64,000 bases of DNA from an uncultured Dehalococcoides sp. (lineage in GTDB: Bacteria; Chloroflexota; Dehalococcoidia; UBA2979), in NCBI GenBank assembly GCA_964628985.1, contig CAZVNJ010000001.1, positions 21,477 to 85,476 of the forward strand. The letters are read 5' to 3'. A program made the position numbers and the translations under genes. The notes beneath the pieces were generated by a model. It did no database searches, was not told the DNA's origin, and saw only the letters and a list, made by a program, of their open reading frames with translations. Below, piece after piece: positions 1-8,768 of this stretch. How positions within the stretch are numbered: the stretch's first letter is position 1; each line of letters opens with the position of its first letter.

Positions 1-1
1 C

Positions 2-496
2 CCCATCCTCTCGCTCTGCGACACGCCGGGCATCATGGTGGGGCCCGAGATCGAAAAGACAGCACTGGTGCGGCATGCGGCCCGAATGTTCGTGGTGGGC
101 TCCAACATCACTGTCCCACTCCTCTTCGTGGTGCTGCGCAAGGCCTACGGCCTCGGCGCGATTGCCATGGCGGCGGGCTCGTATCGGTCAGCCGCGCTCA
201 CGGTCTCGTGGCCGACCGGCGAATTCGGCGGCATGGGACTCGAGGGCATGGTGAAACTCGGCTTCCGCGCGGAACTGGAGTCGATCGCCGACCCGGCCGA
301 GCGGAAAGTGCGCTACCAGGAACTCGTGGACCGCGCGTACCAGCGCGGCAAGGCGGTGCAGCAGGCGGTCGGCTTCGGCGTGGACAACACGATCGACCCT
401 GCCGACACCCGGCGACTGCTCTCCCAGACGCTCTCCGGGATCAGCAAGCCGGCGCCACGCACCGGGAAGAAACGCCCGATCGTCGACGTCTGGTAG
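2..496 (+). CDS. acyl-CoA carboxylase carboxyltransferase (beta) subunit, C-terminal fragment; 5' end lies outside the window
   Basis: The frame is open from the window edge. It translates to ..LCDTPGIMVGPEIEK..SWPTGEFGGMGLEG.., typical of the C-terminal carboxyltransferase domain of propionyl/acetyl-CoA carboxylase beta subunits. Confidence 0.85.
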   Translation, partial: PILSLCDTPGIMVGPEIEKTALVRHAARMFVVGSNITVPLLFVVLRKAYGLGAIAMAAGSYRSAALTVSWPTGEFGGMGLEGMVKLGFRAELESIADPAERKVRYQELVDRAYQRGKAVQQAVGFGVDNTIDPADTRRLLSQTLSGISKPAPRTGKKRPIVDVW

Positions 497-521
497 CAGT
501 CGCGCCGGACGCGGCCCGTGC

Positions 522-1373
522 CTACGCGAGCGCCTCACCCAGGACGCGCCGGCCCTCGATCAGCCGTTCGAGCGCTTCAGGACGCCCGAGGTCCGGCGGT
601 GCCCCGAGCGTGATCTCAGTGACGCCGGCCGCCTGCAGGCGTCGCGCCTGCTCCACCCAGGCCGCCGCGCCGTCGTGCGTCAGGGTGACCCGACCCGTAA
701 GCCCGAAGGTCGCAGGGTCGCGGCCGGCTTCGAGGAGCATCTCGCGCAGCCGAGGCATCGCCGATGACGGGTCGCCCATCGGCAGCCAACCATCAGCCGA
801 ACGTGCGATGCGTCGCAGTTGTCGCTCCTCTGGACTGGCACCGATCCAGATCGGGATGCGCGGCGGCGTAATGCCGATGCCAATCGCGTCGAACTGATGC
901 CAGCGGCCCGAAAAAGTGACCGGGCCACCGGCCCAGAGCATCCTCAACACCTCGAGTTGTTCGTCGAAGCGGCGGCCGCGCGTGTGGAAGTCCTGGCCGA
1001 GGGCGGCGTACTCAACGGTATTCCAGGAGATCCCGACGCCGAGTTCAAACCGCCCGCCGCTGAGGAGGGCGAGCGCCGCCGCCTGCTTGGCCACGAGCGC
1101 GGTCGGGAACAGCGGCAGGATGAGGATGCTTGGGCGGAACTTCAGCCGCTGGGTGACTGCTGCGAGGTAGGAGTACACGACGAACGGCTCATAGAAGGAG
1201 CCGGAGTAGGTGGGCGTGGGGTTGGCCGGGAACCGTCCGGGCTCGGCGCTCAGCAGGTGTCCGCCCGACGTGAGGGTGTCGATGCCGGCGCCCTCGATGG
1301 CCTGCGCGAAGTCCCGCAGCATCACCGGGTCGTATGCGCCGCCGCTCAGCGGCAAGCCTGTCCCGAATCGCAT
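522..1373 (-). CDS. LLM-class (luciferase-like) F420-dependent oxidoreductase
   Basis: 283 aa. It has the luciferase-like TIM-barrel pattern (FEPFVVYSYLAAVTQRLKFRPSILILPLF, GRFELGVGISWN, FDEQLEVLRMLW) characteristic of the LLM family. Confidence 0.8.
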   Translation of the reverse strand: MRFGTGLPLSGGAYDPVMLRDFAQAIEGAGIDTLTSGGHLLSAEPGRFPANPTPTYSGSFYEPFVVYSYLAAVTQRLKFRPSILILPLFPTALVAKQAAALALLSGGRFELGVGISWNTVEYAALGQDFHTRGRRFDEQLEVLRMLWAGGPVTFSGRWHQFDAIGIGITPPRIPIWIGASPEERQLRRIARSADGWLPMGDPSSAMPRLREMLLEAGRDPATFGLTGRVTLTHDGAAAWVEQARRLQAAGVTEITLGAPPDLGRPEALERLIEGRRVLGEALA

Positions 1374-1430
1374 GTGTCGCCCTTCCTCGGGCCGTCCTGG
1401 CCGGGTGAAGCGTAGCCGAGGGCGGGTTCG

Positions 1431-1961
1431 CTATCGGAAGGGGATCCTGGCAGGCGGGGCGAACAGGCCCGGCCGGGTCTTCGGCCACGGCGTCACGCGA
1501 GGGGTTGGCGTCCCGATGGCGACTGCCGCCGGCCTGGGCGGAGCCACCGCGGGCTTCGCCGCGATGGTGGGAGCAGGCTTTGCTGCAGCAGCCGGTGCGG
1601 CCCCAAGCGCAATGCCCGCTCGGGGGTTCGGGGGCGCGCCGCCGCCCGACCACCGCGCCGTCACGGAGTGCTTCACCCCGTCCACCTCGAAGCCGATCGT
1701 CGAGCCATCGACGGGTTGGCATGGCGCGTCGGACGGGATGGAGATCTTCCAGTTGCCGGCGGCGCTCACCCGGGTGCGTCCGCACTCGACGCCCTCGATC
1801 GAGGCGACGACGACTTCGCCGGCGCGCAGGCCCATGCCATAGGCGGTGTAGGGCGGCATCTGGGCGCCCGCCGAGGCGAGCCCGGCGAGGGCGAGGGCCG
1901 TTCCAGCGACGAGCGCCAGCAGCCGGGGACGGCGGGAAGTACGACGGTGGTCGGTCATCCT
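1431..1961 (-). CDS. secreted hypothetical protein with Ala/Pro-rich C-terminus
   Basis: Start chosen at MTDHRRTSRRPRLLALVAGTALALAGLASAGA (basic n-region plus hydrophobic core plus AxA-like site). No recognisable catalytic motif. It competes only with a spurious upstream extension of the + strand ORF. Confidence 0.5.
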   Translation of the reverse strand, partial: RMTDHRRTSRRPRLLALVAGTALALAGLASAGAQMPPYTAYGMGLRAGEVVVASIEGVECGRTRVSAAGNWKISIPSDAPCQPVDGSTIGFEVDGVKHSVTARWSGGGAPPNPRAGIALGAAPAAAAKPAPTIAAKPAVAPPRPAAVAIGTPTPRVTPWPKTRPGLFAPPARIPFR

Positions 1962-2104
1962 GCCAGCCTGCGTCGCGCCTGAGGTGGGCGCGTCAGGGAG
2001 AACGCGCACGCGGGTCGTGGCGCTGCCCTGATCCTCGCTTTGGCGGTGCTCCGAGGCTGGTCGTACCATCGGCCCAGGCCACGCCGTGTGGTCAAGGAGG
2101 CTCT

Positions 2105-3655
2105 ATGTCCTGGCAGCCCGAGGTGGATGAACTGGAGCGCCGCCGCGCGCTGGCCGCGCAGATGGGTGGCCCGGAGGGCATCGCGCGGCAGCACGCCAAC
2201 GGAAAGTTGACGGTTCGGGAGCGCATCGATGCGCTGGTAGACCCTGGATCGTTCCGCCAGTTCATGGGCCTGATGGGCAGCGCGACGTATGAGGACGGCG
2301 TCCTCGCGAGCCTGACGCCACGCGCCGCAGTGGAGGGCTTCTGCACGCTGGACGGCCGCAAGGTCGTGGTGACCGGAGGGGACTTCACCGTCCGCGGCGG
2401 GTCGGGTGGCGGCTCCGGCGGGATGGGGATGGAGCCCTCGGCGAGCCGGCGCGCCCTCGAGTGGCGCGTTCCATACGTCCGGTTGCTGGACGCTGCAGGT
2501 GGAAGCGTGCGCACCTTCGACGAGATGGGGCGGACGTACCTGCCGGACGGCAACGTGGGCGCCGCCGTCGACGTGCAGCTGCTCCGCTCGTCCCCGGTGG
2601 TCTCCGCTGTCCTTGGTTCCGTGGCTGGCCTTCCCGCGGTCAATGCCTGCATGTCGCACTTCAACCTCATGGTGAAGGAGACGAGCCAGCTATTCCCGGG
2701 TGGCCCGCCCGTCGTGAAAGCAGCCCTCGGCTACGACGTGGACAAGGAGACGCTCGGTGGGTGGGAGATGCACACGCGGATCAGCGGGGTCATCGACAAC
2801 CTGGCGAACTCCGAGGCCGAGGCTTTCGCGATGATCCGGCGCTTCCTCTCCTACCTGCCGTCGAACGTCTGGGAGATGGCGCCGCGGGTGGAGCCACAGG
2901 ACCCGGTCGACCGGCGCGAGGAGTCGTTGCTCTCGATCATCCCCCGCGACCGACGCCGAGGGTATGACGGGCACCGCGTGGTGAACGCGGTCGTGGACCG
3001 CGACTCGTTCTTCGAGATCGCGCCTGCCTACGGGCGGGCCCGGATCACAGGCCTCGCGCGTCTGAACGGGTACCCCGTGGGCATCATGGCCAACAACCTC
3101 GCGTTTGGTGGAGCCACGGACGTCACCGCGGGGGACAAGGTCATCCGCCTGATCCAGTTGTGCGACACCTTCCACCTCCCGCTCATCTCGCTGGCGGACG
3201 AGCCTGGGTTCATGGTGGGCATCGAGTCGGAGAAGCGAGGGATTGAGCGGGCCGGGGCGCGTCTCGTCATCGCCACGTGCGAGAGCCGGATGCCGTGGGC
3301 GACTGTGGTGACCGGCCAGTTGTACGGGGTCGCCGGCCAGTGCCAGCACCGCCCCACCGGAATGTTCCGTCGCTATGCATGGCCCTCCGCGCGCTGGGGC
3401 TCGATGCACATCGAGGGTGGCGCCTCCGCGGCGTACCGGCGCGAGATTGAGTCGGCACCTGACCCAGAGGCGAAACGGGCCGAGATCGAGGCGCGTCTCA
3501 ACGCGATCGCCTCGCCGTTCCGGACCGCCGAGGCCACTGGCCAGGACATTATCGATCCCCGTGATACTCGGCCGCTGCTTTGCGAGTTTGTCGAGGAGGC
3601 ACAGCCGATCCTGCGGTCACAACTGGGACCGTCTCCGACGCCGTACCGACCGTAG
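2105..3655 (+). CDS. acyl-CoA carboxylase carboxyltransferase subunit (propionyl-CoA carboxylase beta-like)
   Basis: ATG at 2105 is preceded by AAGGAGG (2094-2100). Motifs: GKLTVRERIDAL, GGDFTVRGGS, LADEPGFMVG and the PCCB/AccD-type two-domain layout. The 1505-2104 part of the ORF is Arg/Pro-rich junk. Confidence 0.9.
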   Translation: MSWQPEVDELERRRALAAQMGGPEGIARQHANGKLTVRERIDALVDPGSFRQFMGLMGSATYEDGVLASLTPRAAVEGFCTLDGRKVVVTGGDFTVRGGSGGGSGGMGMEPSASRRALEWRVPYVRLLDAAGGSVRTFDEMGRTYLPDGNVGAAVDVQLLRSSPVVSAVLGSVAGLPAVNACMSHFNLMVKETSQLFPGGPPVVKAALGYDVDKETLGGWEMHTRISGVIDNLANSEAEAFAMIRRFLSYLPSNVWEMAPRVEPQDPVDRREESLLSIIPRDRRRGYDGHRVVNAVVDRDSFFEIAPAYGRARITGLARLNGYPVGIMANNLAFGGATDVTAGDKVIRLIQLCDTFHLPLISLADEPGFMVGIESEKRGIERAGARLVIATCESRMPWATVVTGQLYGVAGQCQHRPTGMFRRYAWPSARWGSMHIEGGASAAYRREIESAPDPEAKRAEIEARLNAIASPFRTAEATGQDIIDPRDTRPLLCEFVEEAQPILRSQLGPSPTPYRP

Positions 3656-3755
3656 GTCGGCGCCGGCGGCTGCACGATCGAAGATTTCTGTCGAACCTCA
3701 GCGCGTCGCCGTCGTACACTTCCTGAAGCGCGGGGGCGCTGCAGGGGGTCGCGAC

Positions 3756-4517
3756 GTGAAGATCGATGTCCGACGAGCGCGACACGTCGCGCGTGCGCGC
3801 GTCGCTGCGGTGGTAGCCCTCGGCGTGGTCTTCGCGGCCGTGGCCGCCTGCGGGGGAGAGCCGTCACCCGCGGCGACTCCCACTCCCGAGCCCAGCGCCA
3901 CCACAGCGCCCATCGTCGTGACCACCGAGACTCCGACGCCCGAGCCGACACCGGTGCCGACGGTCCGTGCCGCGACGCCAGCCCTCGCCGCTGCGACTGG
4001 CAAGCTGTACTTCCCTCCCCCGCCTCCGCGCCAGGGCGCGCCACCGGCGAACAATTCCGGCATCGCACGAATCTTTGCGCCGACGCTTGGGGTCGACCAC
4101 TACGTTGAGGTCGACAACATCATCAACAACGAGCTCGAGTCACCTCGCGACGGCTCCTACGCGGTTGGCTGGTACCACGACTTTGACAAGCCAGGAGCAG
4201 GCGGGAACTCCGTCTTCTCCGCGCACGAGACGTGGAATCACTTCCAGGGGCCGTTCTACCAGTTGGTGGACGCAAAGAACGGCGATGAGATCTCGGTGAT
4301 CATGTCCGATGGCAAGCAGTACCGGTACCGAGTGTTCTCGAACGTGCGATACACCGTGGACGAGATGCCAATGGCCGAGATCCTCTGGCCGACCAAGCGC
4401 CCGGCCGGCGAGGAGTGGCTCACGCTCTTCACATGCGGCGGCCGCATCGTCTATGACAGTAGCGGGTTCGGCGAGTACCTCGACCGCGATGTGGTGATCG
4501 CGAAGCGAATTCAGTAG
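3756..4517 (+). CDS. class F-like sortase (transpeptidase), probably lipoprotein- or membrane-anchored
   Basis: GTG start at 3756. Hydrophobic N-terminus ends in the lipobox-like VAAC, followed by a Pro/Thr linker. The catalytic triad context is FSAHET (His), LTLFTCGG (TLxTC Cys) and a C-terminal Arg. Confidence 0.8.
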   Translation: MKIDVRRARHVARARVAAVVALGVVFAAVAACGGEPSPAATPTPEPSATTAPIVVTTETPTPEPTPVPTVRAATPALAAATGKLYFPPPPPRQGAPPANNSGIARIFAPTLGVDHYVEVDNIINNELESPRDGSYAVGWYHDFDKPGAGGNSVFSAHETWNHFQGPFYQLVDAKNGDEISVIMSDGKQYRYRVFSNVRYTVDEMPMAEILWPTKRPAGEEWLTLFTCGGRIVYDSSGFGEYLDRDVVIAKRIQ

Positions 4518-4637
4518 ACGGCCCGCTGGCCGCCGCCTCCCTCACCGCAGGCTGATACGTCCTTGTCATGCACCGAACGCCCTCTGAGATGGGTTCGTTA
4601 CGGTGGTGACCTCATTGCAGCCGCTCCCGGAGTAGCC

Positions 4638-5915
4638 ATGACCATCGCGATCTACCGGCGTCGGATCGGCGTCGCCACCCTCGTTCTCCTCTTCGCCTCC
4701 GCCTGGTCGGTTCCGCCATTCGCGTCGACGGCCCGCGCGGGCGGCACGGTCGCTGAGGGAACTTCGTTCGACGGGCCGGGCCCGATCTTTTCGCCCCAGA
4801 CGCTCTCCTCCGCCGCCGAGTACCTCATCCAGGGCTTCGCGGGAGGGCAGTCGGTCCGCTGGAACACGACGATGCCCGTGCCGTTCTGCACGATCCAGGC
4901 CAACCGCCCGGCCTGGGCGAGCGAGGCGCAATTCACCGGGGCTGTCCAGGCCGCGGCGGACATGTGGAACAGCGTTGAGGCCGCCGTCGGCGTCCGTTAC
5001 ACCGGCGACTGCGCGACAACACAAGCAGTCACTGGCAACAGGGTGAACGAAATCGCCTGGGACGATGCACGGGACCTGGTTACCGGCGCTCAGGCAGCCG
5101 TGACACAGGGCACATGGCTCACCAACTTCGGCCGACGTGACTTCGTCGAGACGGACATCGTCATGGAGGGCCGCGTAGCCATCCCGGAGACTTGCCTGCG
5201 GACCGTGATTGCCCACGAGATTGGCCACGCCCTGGGGTTTGGACACTCAGATGTCCGAGGGGATCTCATGTCTCCCTCCTTCACCGTAGGCGACCTCTCC
5301 ACCTGCCGGCCTACCGCCACAGCGTCCGAAGCGGCCTGGTTGGCGGACCTCTACGGGGTAAATCGCCGTCCGGCACTGACGGTGCCTGCGGACCTCATCG
5401 CGCAGCCAGCGACTCCAGTAACGCTGCTGGCGGAGGTGGGTGACCCAGAGGGCGACCTGGTGACCGCGCACTGGAGGCAGGTCGGTGGGCCGCCGGTGGC
5501 GCTGGCGGGGAGTGGCGCGTCCGTCACCTTCATGACTCCGGCGTCGGGCACGGTGGTGCTTGAGGCATCCGCCACCGATCGGTTGTTGAAGCGGGTCATC
5601 GCCACCTCGCGAGTGGCGGTCTCCGCAACGGGTGTCCCGGCGGACGCCCCTGTGAGCGCGGCGGGGGCAGCCTCAGCGTTCCGCGATCCGCTGGCGCCGG
5701 TGGGAGTCACACTCGCCCGATGGGGTGGGGGCGCGGTCACAGACGCGCTGACGATGCCTGGTGTGCGTGTGCGGTCGATCTGGGCAATGCAGGGTGGGGT
5801 GCCGCTCGGCTACATCGCGGGGGCGCCAGACTTCGTGAACCAGTCCTTCCTCGCCCACTACCCAGGCGGCGCGATCCCGGACGGAACCTTCCTCGCCGTG
5901 GTGACGGGAGCCTAA
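4638..5915 (+). CDS. secreted zinc metalloprotease (metzincin/matrixin-like) with C-terminal Ig/PKD-like and unknown domains
   Basis: Signal peptide MTIAIYRRRIGVATLVLLFASAWSVPPFASTARA. Zinc motif HEIGHALGFGH (HExxHxxGxxH) is followed by the Met-turn LMSP. An alternative start lies at 4563. Confidence 0.8.
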   Translation: MTIAIYRRRIGVATLVLLFASAWSVPPFASTARAGGTVAEGTSFDGPGPIFSPQTLSSAAEYLIQGFAGGQSVRWNTTMPVPFCTIQANRPAWASEAQFTGAVQAAADMWNSVEAAVGVRYTGDCATTQAVTGNRVNEIAWDDARDLVTGAQAAVTQGTWLTNFGRRDFVETDIVMEGRVAIPETCLRTVIAHEIGHALGFGHSDVRGDLMSPSFTVGDLSTCRPTATASEAAWLADLYGVNRRPALTVPADLIAQPATPVTLLAEVGDPEGDLVTAHWRQVGGPPVALAGSGASVTFMTPASGTVVLEASATDRLLKRVIATSRVAVSATGVPADAPVSAAGAASAFRDPLAPVGVTLARWGGGAVTDALTMPGVRVRSIWAMQGGVPLGYIAGAPDFVNQSFLAHYPGGAIPDGTFLAVVTGA

Positions 5916-6334
5916 GACGGACCTGATGCGAGTCGGAAGAGCGGCAGTGAGACCTCTTCGGTTACGGCCACGAAGGCTACTTCGACGGGTTGCTCGATCT
6001 CGATGTCGTCCACTGGGACATCTAGCAGATTGGTTGTGAGGCGGGGTCCTTCCTCGAGCTCGACCACCACCGTCGCGTAAGGCGTGTGCCCTTCGAACGC
6101 CGGGTGGATCGCCTGTCGAGTGACGACGAACGAGTAAACGGTGCCCCGTCCGCTGACGAGCGCCCATTCTCGCTCGAAGGAACCGCACGAGCCGCACATC
6201 TGCCGGGGTGGATGCGCGAACGTCGCGCAGTCCAGGCAGCGCTGCAACCGCAGTTCGCCTTGCTGGAGATATTCCCAGAAGGGCGCGGAGTCCTCCGAGG
6301 GCACAGGAAGCGGGAAGCCCGGACGTGCGCTCAT
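5912..6334 (-). CDS. Zn-ribbon/OB-fold protein (DUF35 family), thiolase partner
   Basis: Start MSARPGFPLP at 6334 overlaps the upstream thiolase stop in ATGA. It has a CxxC..CxxC ribbon (RCLDCATF..MCGSCGS) followed by an OB-fold-like region. The 6335-6526 extension is spurious. Confidence 0.85.
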   Translation of the reverse strand: MSARPGFPLPVPSEDSAPFWEYLQQGELRLQRCLDCATFAHPPRQMCGSCGSFEREWALVSGRGTVYSFVVTRQAIHPAFEGHTPYATVVVELEEGPRLTTNLLDVPVDDIEIEQPVEVAFVAVTEEVSLPLFRLASGPS

Positions 6335-7461
6335 CGGTCGCGCTCCAGGATGAGCGCCCCGGTCCCGATCCCGGTGTCGCAGAAGGACAGGTGCGCGTCT
6401 GGTACCTGCGAGGTGGACTCGCCCCGCACCTGGCGCACGCATTCGATGAGCTGGTTCATCCCCTGTAGGTAGGCCTCGCTGAGGTGCCCTCCCGAGGTGT
6501 TCACCGGAAGCCTCCCTCCATCCCACCGGATGCCACCCGCCTCGACGAATGGCCCGCCCTCGCCGCGCTTGACGAAGCCGTAGTCCTCCAGCGCGAAGAT
6601 CACGTACGGCGCGAAATGGTCATAGATCTGGGCGACATCGATCTCGTCCGGCGAGATTCCGGCCTGTTCCCAGAGGCGGGGCGCAAGACTCACCGCGGCT
6701 GTGTCCACGAACGCGCGGTCGCCCGGGCCAGCCTGCGCCGCAGCCCGCACCAGGGCGGGTCGCTTCTTCAGGTCGCGGGCGCGCTCGGCGCTCACGAGGA
6801 CGAGGGCACCGCCCCCATCGGTCTCGAGGCAGCAGTCGTAGAGCCGGAACGGGTCAACGACGAACCGGGAGTTCTGGTGGTCTTCGATCGTCAGCGGCGT
6901 CTCGTAGAACGTCGCCCGTGGGTTCCGGTTGGCGTGTTCGCGTTCACTCACGGCGACCCAGCCAAACTGGCGGCTGGTCGTGCCGAACTCATGCATCCGG
7001 CGGCGGGCCACCATCGCCAGTTGGTGTTGCGGGGTAAGCAGGCCAAACGGCTCGGTGAAGGCGGCGGCGCCCTGCCCTCGCCGGCCGGTCACCTCCCCAC
7101 GCCCGTAGCGGCGTCCGGATCGGCCGTTCACCCCTCGGTAAATCACGATGCACTGCGCGAGCCCCGTGGCGATCGCTGCGGAGGCGTGGGCGACGAGCGC
7201 TGCGCCGACGTTCCCTGCCTGGTTGATCTCCCCGAACCACGCGAGGTCGCGCAGGCCAAGGTTCGAAGCGATCTCGGCCTCACTGCTCGTGTCCACGGAC
7301 CAGCGCATCAGGCCATCCACATCCTCGCGTTGAAGCCCGGCGTCCTCGAGGGCGTGCAGGATGGCCTCGAGCGCCAGACGGCTCTCGCTCCGCCCGGAGG
7401 CGCGGGAGTATTCGGTCTCGCCGACCCCGGCGATGGCGACGCGATTGCGGAGCGGTCCCAT
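6331..7461 (-). CDS. thiolase-fold protein (SCP-x / lipid-transfer-type thiolase)
   Basis: 376 aa. N-terminal VAIAGVGETEY and C-terminal NTSGGHLSEAY/GMNQL motifs are typical of DUF35-associated thiolases. Confidence 0.85.
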   Translation of the reverse strand: MGPLRNRVAIAGVGETEYSRASGRSESRLALEAILHALEDAGLQREDVDGLMRWSVDTSSEAEIASNLGLRDLAWFGEINQAGNVGAALVAHASAAIATGLAQCIVIYRGVNGRSGRRYGRGEVTGRRGQGAAAFTEPFGLLTPQHQLAMVARRRMHEFGTTSRQFGWVAVSEREHANRNPRATFYETPLTIEDHQNSRFVVDPFRLYDCCLETDGGGALVLVSAERARDLKKRPALVRAAAQAGPGDRAFVDTAAVSLAPRLWEQAGISPDEIDVAQIYDHFAPYVIFALEDYGFVKRGEGGPFVEAGGIRWDGGRLPVNTSGGHLSEAYLQGMNQLIECVRQVRGESTSQVPDAHLSFCDTGIGTGALILERDR

Positions 7462-7511
7462 GGGGCCGGATTGTATCGGACGGATACACTCGCGCCCCGA
7501 GAGGAGCCGTC

Positions 7512-8720
7512 ATGGCCATCGAGCAGCCCGGCCGGAGCGGTGCGCTCGCCGGCATCCGCGTCCTGGATTTCACGCGCTACCAGCAGGGCCCGTACGCGAC
7601 CGTGCTGCTCTCCGACATGGGGGCCGAGGTCGTGAAGGTGGAGGAGCCGGGTGGCGAGCCGGGCCGCGCGAACGGCCTCGGACCGGACGGCTTCTCGGCG
7701 TACTTCGAGGCCCACAACCGCGGCAAGCAGTCGGTGACGTTCGACCTTCGCATCCTCGAGGCGCGCGCCGCCGTCCGGCGACTCGTCCCCCAGTTCGATG
7801 TCGTGGTGGAGAACTTCCGGCCGGGGACGATGGAGCGCTGGGGGCTGGGCTACCAGGACCTGCGCGCCCTCCGTCCGGACATCATCCTGGCATCGGGCTC
7901 CTCATGGGGCAGGCAGGGTCCGTGGGCCGAGCGGCCGGGATTCGACCACGTCGCCCAGGCGCTTTCCGGGATCATGGTGGAGCAGGGAGGCGGCCCTGGG
8001 AAGGTTCCGCACGCGCTGATCGGCGGGTTCGCTGACCAGATCGGGGCCATGCTGCTCGCCTACGGCATCGCCTGCGCCATTGTGGCGCGCGAGCGTGAGG
8101 GCGTCGGCCAGCACGTCGATGTCTCGCTGATTGGGGCGATGACCGCCGTCCAGGCCATGCCGCTCACCCGCTTCCTTCGGACCGGCGAGCAGCGAGGGTT
8201 CGAGGAGCGCCGCGCGGCCACCTACACCCACTACGAGTGCGCAGACGGCCGTTACGTCGCGATCGCCGCGAACACGCAGGCGTTCTGGGAGAGGCTCTGC
8301 GAGGCGCTGGAGCGCCCGGAGTTGCGCGAGGACGATCGGTTTCGCGGGCCCTTCGAGCGGGACCGGAACAAGCATCTGCTCGTCGAGGTCTTCGAGGCCC
8401 AGTTCCGCACCCGCCCGGCCGCGTATTGGCTTGAGCGGATTGCCGCTGCGGATGTCCCCGCAGCGCCGGTGCTGGACTATGCCGGGCTGGCAGAGCACCC
8501 CCAGTACTGGGCCAACGGTTACCTCCAGGTCATCGAAACGCCGAACCTCGGCCCGATGCGCGTACCCGGGCCGGCGGTCCGAATGAGTGAGACGCCGTCG
8601 CGGGTGCAGGGGGGCGGCCCCGAACTCGGCCAGCACACGGAAGCCGTCCTGCTGGCAGGCGGGTTCACCTGGGCTGAGATTGAGGCACTTCGGGCGGCTG
8701 GGGCGATTCGGACCGTCTAG
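7512..8720 (+). CDS. family III CoA-transferase (CaiB/BaiF type)
   Basis: GAGGAG lies upstream of the ATG. The hallmark N-terminus is LAGIRVLDFTRYQQGPYATVLLSDMGAEVVKVE. Confidence 0.9.
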   Translation: MAIEQPGRSGALAGIRVLDFTRYQQGPYATVLLSDMGAEVVKVEEPGGEPGRANGLGPDGFSAYFEAHNRGKQSVTFDLRILEARAAVRRLVPQFDVVVENFRPGTMERWGLGYQDLRALRPDIILASGSSWGRQGPWAERPGFDHVAQALSGIMVEQGGGPGKVPHALIGGFADQIGAMLLAYGIACAIVAREREGVGQHVDVSLIGAMTAVQAMPLTRFLRTGEQRGFEERRAATYTHYECADGRYVAIAANTQAFWERLCEALERPELREDDRFRGPFERDRNKHLLVEVFEAQFRTRPAAYWLERIAAADVPAAPVLDYAGLAEHPQYWANGYLQVIETPNLGPMRVPGPAVRMSETPSRVQGGGPELGQHTEAVLLAGGFTWAEIEALRAAGAIRTV

Positions 8721-8768
8721 CGGATATAACGCAGTGATCCTTTGGCGGGCGTGCGATATCGTTCGCTT

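Noticed and set aside
1505-2104. 200-codon N-terminal extension of the carboxyltransferase ORF
   Set aside because: It is Arg/Pro/Ser-rich junk overlapping the opposite-strand secreted-protein gene. A strong AAGGAGG-ATG at 2105 coincides with the start of family similarity.
3375-3755. N-terminal extension of the sortase ORF
   Set aside because: It overlaps the 3' end of the carboxyltransferase in another frame. The signal/lipobox-bearing N-terminus begins at the GTG at 3756.
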